Counted from the first letter of the stretch, positions 10,847-21,520 are shown. The stretch is DNA of 64,000 bases from Pseudobacteriovorax sp. (GCA_050293845.1 JBNKNM010000008.1:1-64000); one strand, 5' to 3'. The notes: generated by a model from the sequence alone, not told the origin. A program made the numbers and translations.

Positions 10847-11074
10847 GATTGTAAGATCAAGGTTTGTTGTATCACAGCCATGGACGAAAAACAGTAATAA
10901 GCTTAGTTCGTTAAATCGATTGTTACAAAGAATCTGACTTATTCGTCAGAGCTTTGAGGATATCTATAATATGGTTTGTAGAACTCGTGAATGCTATGTA
11001 TTCGGTAGCCCAGCAAGCTTTACCTTGCATCGCGTAATGATTTTGGGAAACTTTTCATGAAGTGAGTGGTGCTA

Positions 11075-11663
11075 TCAATACTGCTCCTCATTAGATGACA
11101 AAAAACGAACCCAAAGGGCTTGGCCCTTTAATTGGTATATTCCTGAATGGTAGCTGATAATTTTCAATTTATACCAGTGATCCTCATTACCAATGATATT
11201 TACCATTTTCTTGGAACTTAGGATATGAGTCACAGCATCACAATCATACCATTCATTTAGCACGGGATTTCCTGAAAAAGTTCCCCATTTAGGGGACCTG
11301 ATCATGGTAACACTTCGTCGATGCTAGGCACTTCTAAGGAGCATGTGGTAATACCGCTGAATACTGTAAACCAAGGTGCCAAGGATCATCGCTAGTCACA
11401 ATACTCAGGCCCGAATATTGGAGAAAGACGGGCGTTTCTTCTGAATAAGCGTCAATCTGGGTATTACCTAATGATTCTTCGTTTTCTTTCTCGACTTAAT
11501 CGTTGCAGTCGTCATTTTAAGTCACCCTCACCCTGAAGAGCCTCGGTTTCTGGGACCTCGGCCTCAACGTCAATATTTTGGCGGTTTCTTCTTGGGTCTC
11601 CTGGTTACCATATATGCTACAACCTACTAATAATATGAAAAATAGTATAAGTGAACGATGCAT
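11075..11663 (-). pseudogene. Frameshifted HmuY-like lipoprotein (heme-binding family)
   Basis: Fragments in different frames: lipoprotein signal MHRSLILFFILLVGC (ATG 11663), TQIDAYSEETPVFLQ..DPWHLGL, and EWYDCDAVTHILSSKK..HWYKLKIISY. Confidence 0.6.
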
Positions 11664-11685
11664 GTTCTGTCCTCAAAAACTATTT

Positions 11686-11713
11686 ATGATTATTGCAATC
11701 ATCATTATTCTCA
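11686..11713. promoter_or_regulatory. Fur-family-like operator
   Basis: Near-palindrome ATGATTATTGCAATCATCAT followed by TATTCTCA, just upstream of the HmuY-like start codon. Confidence 0.55.
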
Positions 11714-12009
11714 ATATATTTAAGAACTTAGCGAATTTTCTATAGCCCGGAAAATAGGATATAAGTGGGAATTAGGATGAAATGTAAACGATTTCAATCT
11801 CAGCAGAGATTTATTCTCTGCTTTAACTTGGTATTTTCCAATTAGCATCATCGATGCAAAGTCATCAATGAGAATCTTTGCTGTTTCGAAAACTACTGAA
11901 ACCTAAAGGTCAATCTACATAGCTGTTTCTAATAATAGGCAAAATATTCTTACGAGGTGGTAAGCACTATTGCCGAATAAAAAAAGACACATTTACACGA
12001 GCCTAAAAT

Positions 12010-13245
12010 ATGAAATATTTTCTTATTATCATAGCAATGCTAAACTTTGAATTAAGTGCTCAAGATAATCAATTTCTTGCCAATAAACGCAACATACTGC
12101 CCGGTTCAAGAGCGGCACTATTAGGAGGAGCCTATACAGCTTTATCGAATGATGCCACGGGGATATTCTATAACCCAGCTGGTATGGTTTTTGGCCCTCA
12201 AGATGATATTTCGATTTCCGCCAATGCATATTTCGAAAAAACCGTAGTCTATAAAGGTGCCCTTAAAGGGCGTAATTTTAAGGAAAGATCCACCGGACTT
12301 TTTCCCAGCTTCATAGGCGGAAACTTTAATTTTCGTAATATTTCCCTAGGATGGGCTTTGATCACCTTAGAATCTCAAACCCACAATCAAAATGAGAAAT
12401 TTAGCGACCTTTCCTCTGAGCCCAGCGAGGTCAATTACTTAAATATTACCCACCAGCAGTCCAGCGACTACAACCTTGTTGGATTAGGTGGTTCTTTTAT
12501 GATAACCCCTCAATTTTCTTTTGGTTTATCAGTTTTTGGCTATCGCCGGAGCATTCAAGCTAGCAATCATCAAATGGTAGGGTTCAATGACGGTTCACTT
12601 TTGGTATTAGATTCCAAGATTGATACTGAAAACTCAGGGATAAAAGGAATCTTAGGTAGTCAATGGCGAGGAAAAAATTACAGTTTTGGGATCAGTTATT
12701 GTAGCTATTACCCTATTAACAACTCCTCCCATTCCACCATCGATTCTATGACAGCCGATATCGGTTCGACAAATCCTATGCAAAATACTATTTCTGGCGA
12801 AACATCTTTTTTTGATGAACTGAGTCCCAATTCCACACAAGTAGGGTATGCTTTTTTATCCCGCTATCTACTACTCAGCTTTGAAGTTATCTATTATGAA
12901 GCTCTGAAAGGAAGCAACCCTAATCAAGAAGACTTAAATGCTGGCTTTGATTATGGGATTGGTAGCGAAATTAAACTGTTTTCATTATTACTGCGTGGCA
13001 GCTACTTTAGCAATTATTCTTTATTCAAAAAACTGCAAGTGGGGCAAACCGACCAGGCCCACCACATCGATTTTCAAGGCTATTCCTTTGGCTTTGCTAT
13101 TCCCAATGGTAATACTGAGAGTAATATAGGTGTAATTATTCAAAATGGGACGGGCCAGGGGCAAAAGGTTGCTAGCAACACCGAGATTCAAGAGGTGGAA
13201 TCTCGTTCCCTTCTCGTAGTTATTGGATCTAATTATGAGTTTTAG
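12010..13245 (+). CDS. Outer-membrane beta-barrel, FadL/OmpP1-like
   Basis: GSRAALLGGAYTALSNDATGIFYNPAG N-terminal hatch motif; terminal YEF. Confidence 0.8.
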   Translation: MKYFLIIIAMLNFELSAQDNQFLANKRNILPGSRAALLGGAYTALSNDATGIFYNPAGMVFGPQDDISISANAYFEKTVVYKGALKGRNFKERSTGLFPSFIGGNFNFRNISLGWALITLESQTHNQNEKFSDLSSEPSEVNYLNITHQQSSDYNLVGLGGSFMITPQFSFGLSVFGYRRSIQASNHQMVGFNDGSLLVLDSKIDTENSGIKGILGSQWRGKNYSFGISYCSYYPINNSSHSTIDSMTADIGSTNPMQNTISGETSFFDELSPNSTQVGYAFLSRYLLLSFEVIYYEALKGSNPNQEDLNAGFDYGIGSEIKLFSLLLRGSYFSNYSLFKKLQVGQTDQAHHIDFQGYSFGFAIPNGNTESNIGVIIQNGTGQGQKVASNTEIQEVESRSLLVVIGSNYEF

Positions 13246-13716
13246 CTATGACTTGGAACATACACACTGGCTTAAGCACACGATTAGATTCCGAGATCAC
13301 ATCGATGTTTTGATTACCGAATTCATCCTTTGTAATCATACCTTAAATGAATTGAAATACTCCGTTTCTTAACTTGGGTATTTATCACTATAGATGCCTA
13401 TGTTTTTATAAGTGTCGCAAAGAAGCCGGATTTCATTTCCAGTGACCATGTCTTCTTATCTCAACAAATGACTTCAATTACTAAAAAGTATATATTGAAC
13501 AAGCTAACATAATTTAACCCAAACTAAAAACTACTCTAATAAGTAAATACTTTTGAGTCAAAATTACTTCCACTTCATCAATAATAACTATATCAAAGCA
13601 TATTTTATCCGAAATAGATTGCATCTAAGAAAAATAACTCTCACTAAATATAGGATTGAGATTTTTTTTAGTCAGCCCTCTATGCCAAACAGAGCAGACC
13701 GAGTAAGAAAGTAACT

Positions 13717-16377
13717 ATGTTGATAAAAACTGACTTTATATTTTTCATAATAATCTCAGTATTTATCGTTCCCAAATTATTTGGACAAAGCACAGATTTT
13801 CGCATATCTGTCATCGAGGATAAACACAAAAATACAAGGCCAGAGGTAGTCCTACCCCTATTAAAAGCAAGCAAAGATACAATCGAAAACATTAGTATAC
13901 CCACATACTCCAGTTCGATTTACTGGTTTTTAATATCTCCAGAAAAAAACGACTTTGATTTACTAATATTTGAAAATCAAACAGTAAAATGGATTGAAAT
14001 CTGGCGGGTCAAGGAAAACAAAATAAGCATCGATGGAATCACGAGATTAAATGCTCATCTTCCTAGCTTTCAAATAGATGAATATAAGGGAGAAGATTTA
14101 CTAATAAGGTGTGAATTCAGTGACATCACTACATTTAAAGTAGCTTTTGAACATACTTCAAGATCTGCCTATCAAGATCCCATTAATTTTTCTTCAGTAA
14201 CCCTAGCGTTCCAGGGCATAATCGTAGGATTAATTTTCTATAATCTTTCTATATGCGTATTCCTAAAAAACAAAATGCTAATATATTTTACGCTTTATTG
14301 TATCTTTTATGTTCTCTCTTCCATTACTATGTCAGGTATTCTTTCCTTATTCTCTCTTGAAATCGTAACAGAATACTTATCTCTATTTGGTGCTTCTACA
14401 ATTATATTTTCTGGTATTTTCTTAACTACTTTTCTAGATGCAAAACATTTTGCTCCAATTTTAACAAGGTTACTTTACATTATTTTGACGTTTATTTTTT
14501 TTGTAGCTATACTTTCCTATTATAATAGATCCTTCCTCGAAGGATTAGATCTTTTCTTTATATTTGGAGTTCTAATTCAAATCACCATACTTGTCAAAGG
14601 AGTTATTTTAGGTCAGGAGTCAGCTTTAGTACATTTACTTTCATCGTTAGGGGCTGCTGGTGGCCTATTTGTTTCAATTTCTGCTAACTACAGGCTATTG
14701 CCTCTAAATCTAATCACGCAAAATTCACTTAATATCGGAGCCAATATCCAAATGATGATATTATCAATTGGCATTGGTTATCGGATGAATAAAATTAAGC
14801 AACAAATGATAGACAAGGTGCTTCTTTTAAACACTGAACTTGAAACAAAAGTAGAGGAAAAAACACGTGACATTAAATCAATGGTCGAATCTATGCAGCA
14901 GGGTATCTTAAATATAACTATCAACGAAGATCAAATCATCATACTGCCAGGATACTCTAAATTTCTACCTAAGCTACTAAAGACCAGCAAAAATTTAGAC
15001 AATGTTGACTTTATAGAAACATTATTCTCTAAATCAAATCTATCAACAGATGAAGTAGATCAAATTAGGAATGTTCTCTTTGTTTCAATTCAAGGAGATC
15101 TTGAGTTCGACCTGAATTCACATCTATTACCTAGAGAGTTTTGCATAAAACGAGCTCATTTCGAAATAGACTGGACACCAGTAGTGAACGACATGAAGGT
15201 TATTGAAAAAATTCTTGTCACAATTCGTGACGTAACAAAAATTAAGGAGCTTGAGAAAGAATCATACACTAAGACTGATGAACTTGATATAATTTCATCA
15301 ATTTTAAACATGAAAAAAACCAACTTCGAGAGATTTATAGAGTCAATTAAGTCACTCGTCTTGGAAAGTAAGAATCTTATTGATTCTACTGAAAACATAA
15401 CTAGTAATGTTGTAAAAGATCTTTTCATAAATATGCACACTATAAAGGGAAGTTCTAGAACTCATGGTTTCAAGAAAATAGCAGATACAGCTCATACATG
15501 TGAGAACTATTACAGTGCAATTAATAGGCAAATTACGGAACCTAAAAAAGATAAATTAATTGCTGATTTATCAGATCTAGAATTAGGTATACATCAGATT
15601 CAAGAAATTAGTAGTAAAATATATCAGAACATCGACGATCCACTAAATTATCCTTTGGATAAAGAATATTTAAATAAATTTATTAACAAAATTGAAAAAG
15701 AAGTGGGAAAAGAATCAAGTAACTTTCCAAATCAGGTTCTATACGAAATCTATCAATACTTTCTGGATAAACAGTACTATAAATTAAATGAAATTGTTAA
15801 TTCAGTCTTTATGAGTTCTCATCATTTAGCACACCAAATGGGTAAACCACCACCTATTATAGAGAAAAATAATCTTGAAAAGTACTTAATAAATCCTCAA
15901 GCTGCGGTAGCCTTGGAAAAAGCTCTGGTTCATTTAATGAGAAATTCTCTCGATCACGGGATTGAAAGCCCAGAGATTCGCCATCAAAAAGGTAAAAACA
16001 CTCATGGCAGCATATTACTCTCTGCTAAAGAGAAAGACAATACTTTGATCCTAACAGTACAAGATGATGGACAAGGACTAAATATTTCAAAAATCAGAAG
16101 TATTCTTTCCGAAAGAAAAATTTTCCCAAAGACTACATATGACACTGCTAATCATATTTTTGATGAAAATTTTTCAACAGCTCAGACTGTAACCGAAATA
16201 TCTGGTCGCGGCGTTGGTATGTCTTCAATAAAGAAATTTCTCGAAGAAATTGATTGTTCTATCACTCTCTTAATAGGTAACGAATCTTCAGAAGGATATG
16301 TATCTCTTGCTTTTAAGATAACTTTTAAAAATTACCGAACACTCTCCGACACAGCTAGCATTGCAAAAGCTGTCTAA
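13717..16377 (+). CDS. Membrane sensor kinase: 7TM-DISM plus CheA-like Hpt and HATPase domains
   Basis: Periplasmic domain and 7TM region (GIIVGLIFYNL), Hpt MHTIKGSSR, HATPase HLMRNSLDHGIE/DDGQG/SGRGVGM. No CheW domain. Confidence 0.85.
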   Translation: MLIKTDFIFFIIISVFIVPKLFGQSTDFRISVIEDKHKNTRPEVVLPLLKASKDTIENISIPTYSSSIYWFLISPEKNDFDLLIFENQTVKWIEIWRVKENKISIDGITRLNAHLPSFQIDEYKGEDLLIRCEFSDITTFKVAFEHTSRSAYQDPINFSSVTLAFQGIIVGLIFYNLSICVFLKNKMLIYFTLYCIFYVLSSITMSGILSLFSLEIVTEYLSLFGASTIIFSGIFLTTFLDAKHFAPILTRLLYIILTFIFFVAILSYYNRSFLEGLDLFFIFGVLIQITILVKGVILGQESALVHLLSSLGAAGGLFVSISANYRLLPLNLITQNSLNIGANIQMMILSIGIGYRMNKIKQQMIDKVLLLNTELETKVEEKTRDIKSMVESMQQGILNITINEDQIIILPGYSKFLPKLLKTSKNLDNVDFIETLFSKSNLSTDEVDQIRNVLFVSIQGDLEFDLNSHLLPREFCIKRAHFEIDWTPVVNDMKVIEKILVTIRDVTKIKELEKESYTKTDELDIISSILNMKKTNFERFIESIKSLVLESKNLIDSTENITSNVVKDLFINMHTIKGSSRTHGFKKIADTAHTCENYYSAINRQITEPKKDKLIADLSDLELGIHQIQEISSKIYQNIDDPLNYPLDKEYLNKFINKIEKEVGKESSNFPNQVLYEIYQYFLDKQYYKLNEIVNSVFMSSHHLAHQMGKPPPIIEKNNLEKYLINPQAAVALEKALVHLMRNSLDHGIESPEIRHQKGKNTHGSILLSAKEKDNTLILTVQDDGQGLNISKIRSILSERKIFPKTTYDTANHIFDENFSTAQTVTEISGRGVGMSSIKKFLEEIDCSITLLIGNESSEGYVSLAFKITFKNYRTLSDTASIAKAV

Positions 16378-16480
16378 AGTAGTTACTGGCTTATAGAGTG
16401 ATCATAGTTACCTGATCACCTATGGTCACCAAATCATAGATGAAAAATGGATTTTGAATATTAAACAAAGCAACTTTTCA

Positions 16481-17767
16481 TCAATCCCTTAACAAATTCT
16501 GAGCCCGATCAATCAAACCATGAACCACCGAGTGAAACTTATGGCTAAGCTTAATTTTCTCACCAAAACGATTGATTAACCCTTCGTGAATAGATGGGAC
16601 CGAAGCTGTTCCCCCAGTAAGACAAACAATATCTATATCCTGAGCACTGACCTGTGCATTACTTAAGACCTCATCAAGGCAGTTGATGATTTTCTGGGTA
16701 TGCTCCTGCGATGAATCGCGGAACGACTGCTGGGTGATATTTTTTTTTATATCAATAGTGCTGTAAGAGAAAGAAAATGTAGAATCTTGAGTTTCTGACA
16801 AGTCAATTTTGGTTTTTTCAATTTCACTAAAAATGGCGTAACCGAGAAAATCCTCAATCACCAGTTCTAGATGTTCCAGAAAAATTTCTTGGCTGGGATC
16901 GATGAGGTATCGACGAGCATCTCGCAAAAACTCTTTTGTGGCGTTACTATTTAAGAAAACGATATCTGCAGGATTGCACATTTTTTTAATAAGCCCCTTA
17001 GGAAAACTAAGAATATTGCGCCCCATGGGTTTTTTATATTGAACCTTTGACCCCAAAAAGGGACAAATTTCAGTACGCATGATATCAGCATCAAACTTGT
17101 CCCCAGCGATGGATATACCACCAAGAGCTAAAACATCCGAAGGATCAAATCGGTTGCGATCCATTTTTACCACGGTAAAATCGGAGGTACCACCACCAAA
17201 ATCCGCAACTAAGACTAACTTTTCACTATCTAAAGTATGCCTAAACTTATAGGCCGCAGCTATTGGTTCTGGGCAGAATTCAATGGTATGAAATCCTGAT
17301 GCCTTGGCAGCTGCAGTCAACCTATTGATAGCTAGTTCGTGGTACTCGATATTCTCAGAGAACAGTGCCGGACAGCCCAGCACGACTTGTGTCACATCAG
17401 CCTGAAAATACTCGTTGGCACGCATTCTCATAAACCGTAATTGCTTCGCAATAAGATCCTGGAGACTAAGCATTTCACCGAAAATCCTTGTTCCTTGAAA
17501 GCTCGGATCGGGTAGAAAGCGTTTTAAACTCTTAAATATTCGTCCCAGAGTTGGTTGGGCTAAATAACGATTAATAGCGTCTTGACCAAAAGCCCAGTCG
17601 TCATTCTCCAGACAGTAGATCATACTCTTAAGCACCGATTTATCCAAGGAATAAGGATCGATAGGTATTTCATACCAGATATTTCTAGGTGTTGCTGCGT
17701 TAATTAGAGAGTTTGAGGTTCCGTAGTCAATAGCATAAATCTGTGGTGATACTCCACTCATCGTCAT
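16481..17767 (-). CDS. Hsp70-family protein (YegD-like)
   Basis: AIDYGTSNS, EPIAAA, VADFGGGTSDF, LTGGTA; no peptide-binding domain. Confidence 0.88.
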   Translation of the reverse strand: MTMSGVSPQIYAIDYGTSNSLINAATPRNIWYEIPIDPYSLDKSVLKSMIYCLENDDWAFGQDAINRYLAQPTLGRIFKSLKRFLPDPSFQGTRIFGEMLSLQDLIAKQLRFMRMRANEYFQADVTQVVLGCPALFSENIEYHELAINRLTAAAKASGFHTIEFCPEPIAAAYKFRHTLDSEKLVLVADFGGGTSDFTVVKMDRNRFDPSDVLALGGISIAGDKFDADIMRTEICPFLGSKVQYKKPMGRNILSFPKGLIKKMCNPADIVFLNSNATKEFLRDARRYLIDPSQEIFLEHLELVIEDFLGYAIFSEIEKTKIDLSETQDSTFSFSYSTIDIKKNITQQSFRDSSQEHTQKIINCLDEVLSNAQVSAQDIDIVCLTGGTASVPSIHEGLINRFGEKIKLSHKFHSVVHGLIDRAQNLLRD

Positions 17768-18296
17768 TACCCTTAATTACATATTTGTCATTCTTTATTG
17801 GAGATAATCAATCTAACCTTTAACGCAATCACTCTCCACCACTTCAAGAGCGACCAAATATGGACAGGAGCCAGTCCTTTTTTAATAGTGCTCAATACCG
17901 GCATGAAATCCCTTTGCGTCCCCCATAAAGCAAAATAAGTACCATAGACGTATCTTATTGATAATTGGTTAGTTTATCGTTAATTCCCCCCTTTTCTGGC
18001 TCTATATTGGCCAGATGTCCTTATCTTGGCCTCAACCCCACTCTTCTCCCCTATGACAAAAGATACCTCCGCCTTCTGTTTAGTTTCTTGGAATTGGGTG
18101 TGAAGTTTTTGCACTTGTTTATTTTGACCTAGTGACAAAATGTAATCACTGTATAAGCGCCATCATATTTTAATGTAATGCTATCTAACCATACCGTTAT
18201 CATACTATTCGTGCTTTACTTAATGCTCTTTGTTATAAATAATACATGAAAGAGTGTTTTTTGATAACATGGCATACTGAATACTTCCAATTTCTA

Positions 18297-18313
18297 GCGG
18301 TATGTATTTTGCT
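18297..18313 (+). promoter_or_regulatory. Candidate sigma-54 promoter
   Basis: CGGTATGTATTTTGCT: GG-N10-GC with TTGC, directly upstream of the RBS of the yceI-like gene. Confidence 0.45.
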
Positions 18314-18338
18314 TTGCTGCTAGTGGAGGAGGACTATT

Positions 18339-18860
18339 ATGAAAACACTTATGTTTATAGTCTTATTTGTTCCATCGTTTTTTTTACATGGTAAACAGAT
18401 AGAGAATTATCAAATCAGCGTAGCGGGAACTTCAACTCTCCACGATTGGACGATGGAACTTACTACTGCAAAGTTTAATGTCGAAGGCAGCTCCAAAATC
18501 GATAGCATAACCATGTCTGCCTTGGTAAAAGACCTCAAAAGCGATAGTGACACCATGAATGAAAAAGCATGGCAGGCTTTTCAGGTAAAACAATTCCCCA
18601 AGATTACTTTCGAAACTAGCGAGTTTACCTATAATAAAAATGGCAGACTCACATCTATTAAAGGTCTGCTCACCATGAAAGGAATCAGCAAAACGGTTCA
18701 CTTAAAAGATTTACGAATCAGTACAGCTGGCAATGCTACGACTATTGAAGGCACAACCCCCATAAACATGAAAGATTTTGGAATGACTCCGCCTTCTATT
18801 ATGTTTATGACGACCGGTGACATCGTAACAGTAACCTACAAGATTAGTTATAGATACTAA
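18339..18860 (+). CDS. YceI-family periplasmic protein
   Basis: Signal peptide, GTSTLHDW, LKS....MN..A, FP.ITF, G.LTMKG.SK, M.DFGM.PP. Confidence 0.88.
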   Translation: MKTLMFIVLFVPSFFLHGKQIENYQISVAGTSTLHDWTMELTTAKFNVEGSSKIDSITMSALVKDLKSDSDTMNEKAWQAFQVKQFPKITFETSEFTYNKNGRLTSIKGLLTMKGISKTVHLKDLRISTAGNATTIEGTTPINMKDFGMTPPSIMFMTTGDIVTVTYKISYRY

Positions 18861-18883
18861 GTATCATAAGAAAGGGATTTACC

Positions 18884-20158
18884 ATGAAAAAAGCTCTATT
18901 TATTGCAGCAAACCTATTAGGCTCCTATGGATTATATGGAGCCGTAAACTATAGTCACAAACCCGAATCCTTTGCAGAACAAAAACAAATTAAGGTTGTT
19001 AACGAAAATCTAGAAACCGTCCGTTTAGGCTTTGACTTTGCCCTAAGGTTTCAAAGTCTCAAACATGAAAATGATGGTACAAAGACTGTTGACGATGTGG
19101 AGCTATCAACGCTAAAGGCAGGCTTCACCAATGCTACTGGTAATGCAAATTTAAGCCTATCCTTGTCCCCAGGAGTTTACTCCTATGTGGAAACCTACCT
19201 CAGCTCCGAACATCATCTTGAAATGTGGATGCGGGAGGGTTATCTATTCATCGATCATCTTGAAGGCACTAGTTTCTCTGCCCTTAATGACATGATGGAG
19301 TACTTATCCTTTAAGGTAGGTCAAATGGAAATCAACTACGGAGATGCTCATTTCCGAAGGACAGATAACGGTGAAGCCCTTCGCAACCCATTCGTGGGTA
19401 ACTATGTTATTGATCCCAATACAACTGAGATTGGTATGGAGGTATTAGTAAATGCAGGCCAAGTCGAATTTTTATTAGGAGCCACAGGTGGAACTACCAA
19501 AGGCGACAACAAAGATGATCACGGCTTCGCTACTTATACCAAGCTTGCCTACGATACATCCTGGGACGACACCTCAAAATTCCGTATTTCCGGTTCTTAC
19601 TACATAGTTGATCACTCTGATAATGGTCCTTCTAGCTATCCTGCATTTGATGGCACCAAAAGTTACCTATATGCTGGTAACCGTTCTGGAAGCCCCTATG
19701 CATTTATCTTCGATACCGAAACCGACGCTGGACAAATCAACCCTAGAGCATCACAGGATTTGTCAGCCTATATGGTTAACATCCTGCTTCAAGTGGGCAA
19801 TACCGAGCTATTTTTGAACTACGATGAGGTCCGCGATGCTGATATCGATGGTGCTGATAGCGATGCTACTTTAGAAGAAGCCTGGTCTCAATATGCTGTG
19901 GATATTAAACAAAACTTTGGACGAAATAACTATATCGCTGTACGTCACAATCAAGCCAAACACCTAAAAGCCGCGGGTGCTGATTCCGATGAAGCCGTAG
20001 TCCGTAACCAACTAGCCCTAGGTCACTTCTTAACACCTAATGCCTTGCTTAAACTCGAATATGTCCAACAAGAATATAAAGACTTTAATACGACTGGAGA
20101 CTTGCGAAATGGAGGCAAGTTCTCAGGATTTCTCATGGAAGGATCCGTTCACTTCTAG
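18884..20158 (+). CDS. Porin-like outer-membrane beta-barrel
   Basis: Signal peptide, amphipathic strands, KVGQMEINYGDAHFRRTDN, terminal F; 23 bp downstream of the yceI-like gene. Confidence 0.7.
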   Translation: MKKALFIAANLLGSYGLYGAVNYSHKPESFAEQKQIKVVNENLETVRLGFDFALRFQSLKHENDGTKTVDDVELSTLKAGFTNATGNANLSLSLSPGVYSYVETYLSSEHHLEMWMREGYLFIDHLEGTSFSALNDMMEYLSFKVGQMEINYGDAHFRRTDNGEALRNPFVGNYVIDPNTTEIGMEVLVNAGQVEFLLGATGGTTKGDNKDDHGFATYTKLAYDTSWDDTSKFRISGSYYIVDHSDNGPSSYPAFDGTKSYLYAGNRSGSPYAFIFDTETDAGQINPRASQDLSAYMVNILLQVGNTELFLNYDEVRDADIDGADSDATLEEAWSQYAVDIKQNFGRNNYIAVRHNQAKHLKAAGADSDEAVVRNQLALGHFLTPNALLKLEYVQQEYKDFNTTGDLRNGGKFSGFLMEGSVHF

Positions 20159-20164
20159 TTTAGA

Positions 20165-20199
20165 ATTAATTACCGACTCTATAAGGGGTCGGTAATTAA
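20165..20199. terminator. Hairpin between convergent genes
   Basis: TTAATTACCGAC-N10-GTCGGTAATTAA. Confidence 0.7.
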
Positions 20200-20315
20200 G
20201 TAATATTTAAAATCATTTTTTAAGTAATTCTCCCAAAATCGATTATTCTTTCACTACAACGGATTCAAGCCTTTCCAAGCTGGCTACAACGACCAGCTCA
20301 GCTATATAGTAGCGC

Positions 20316-21062
20316 CTAAGGGAAGCTACTAATCAAAACATAGGATCTAGGTTCGGTTAAAGGATGCCAATTTTGATCGTAAGCATCACGATATTCGCAA
20401 GCAAAGTAGACACATTGAGATTTATTCAAGCAATGATTAACCTTAAAGTTGCCACATTCCACTTGAATATCATTACACGGCACCCGAGTACGGTAAGGCT
20501 CCATAACCTTTAAACCATTGCCATTATCGACAAGCAGGCGAATATCACCACCTCTTATATTACCTTGGCAAATAGGTCCATTGTGTGGAGGGGAGGGATG
20601 TTCACAGCTGTGGCAACCATCGTCATCGTCATCATGATTGCCGCAGCCATCATCGTCATTATGATTGCCGCAGCCATCATCGTCATTATGATTGCCGCAG
20701 CCATCATCGTCATTATGATTGCCGCAGCCATCATCGTCATTATGATTGCCACAGCCATCATCGTCATTATGATTGCCACAGCCATCGTCATCGTCTTTGT
20801 GATTGCCAACACAGCCATCATCATCAGGGTTCTTTTTAATATCGTCGTCTTTTTCAGCGTATTCCTTTTCAAAAACATCATCCGATACAGGCAAAGTGGT
20901 GGAATCAATAACCACTTCGCTTTCAAAGTCATTTTGAGACGTTTCTGATTGTACCTCCCCACTTATATCAGCAGCATTCGCCTTTTCTTCCAGATTGTGA
21001 AAAGAAGCACGGCACGAAGTAACCCCCATGCCAATGGTCAGAACAAAACATAGTTTACTCAT
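20316..21062 (-). CDS. Secreted protein/lipoprotein with Cys-His-Asp tandem repeats and a Cys-rich C-terminus
   Basis: Signal-like N-terminus (..GVTSC), (DDDGCGNHN)n repeats, GAGGA RBS. Confidence 0.7.
   Translation of the reverse strand: MSKLCFVLTIGMGVTSCRASFHNLEEKANAADISGEVQSETSQNDFESEVVIDSTTLPVSDDVFEKEYAEKDDDIKKNPDDDGCVGNHKDDDDGCGNHNDDDGCGNHNDDDGCGNHNDDDGCGNHNDDDGCGNHNDDDGCGNHDDDDDGCHSCEHPSPPHNGPICQGNIRGGDIRLLVDNGNGLKVMEPYRTRVPCNDIQVECGNFKVNHCLNKSQCVYFACEYRDAYDQNWHPLTEPRSYVLISSFP
20617..20826. repeat. 27-bp coding tandem repeat, about 7 copies including degenerate ones
   Basis: Unit ccatcatcgtcattatgattgcc(g/a)cag. Confidence 0.95.
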
Positions 21063-21502
21063 GGCTTTTCCTCTAAAATTTCCTTGGTCCCACCCTACGG
21101 TTGGCTCATTTTTCGGATGGCCATCACGTAAACTTGATCAGCAAATCAATTCCCTATAATTTTAGTTATTTTTGGCGTCTAATTAATTCGGAGTATTATG
21201 GCCTGCAGGAAGGTCTAGAACTTTTTGAGAAAAAAATGAGCTATGACTCACTCCCTATTTCCTCAGGTAATAATACCAATCACTTTAAATAATTGAGGTT
21301 ATTTTTCGCAGACTGCCCGTCTCTGGAACAGAGTTTCAGGATATTCCTATCTTAAGGATATCAAACGAATGTAAGTGCAATATTCCTCTAGCCCAGGCGT
21401 CCTTTCCGAGTTAATCAAATGCTTTCACCAACGGAAGCAATGAGTGGGACCAAGGGAGGAATCGCCATGAATTAGTGAATTTTGAAACGTTCATAGGCCA
21501 CA

Positions 21503-21520
21503 TTGGCGTGAAAATTGCTT
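21503..21520 (+). promoter_or_regulatory. Candidate sigma-54 promoter
   Basis: TTGGCGTGAAAATTGCT, with GG at 21505-6 and GC at 21517-8 (N10 spacing). Confidence 0.6.

Noticed and set aside
17895..17935. c-di-GMP-I riboswitch (GGGACGCAAAG on the minus strand)
   Set aside because: Lacks the upstream GNRA-capped stem and a recognisable second hairpin.
20617..20826. Possible CRISPR array
   Set aside because: The 27-bp units are contiguous with no spacers, lie in-frame in a CDS, and no cas genes are present.
20555..20962. Alternative-frame ORFs over the repeat (IIMTMMAAA, HHRHYDCRS, IIVIMIAAA)
   Set aside because: By-products of a stop-free repeat; only the 20316-21062 frame has an RBS, a signal peptide and unique flanks.
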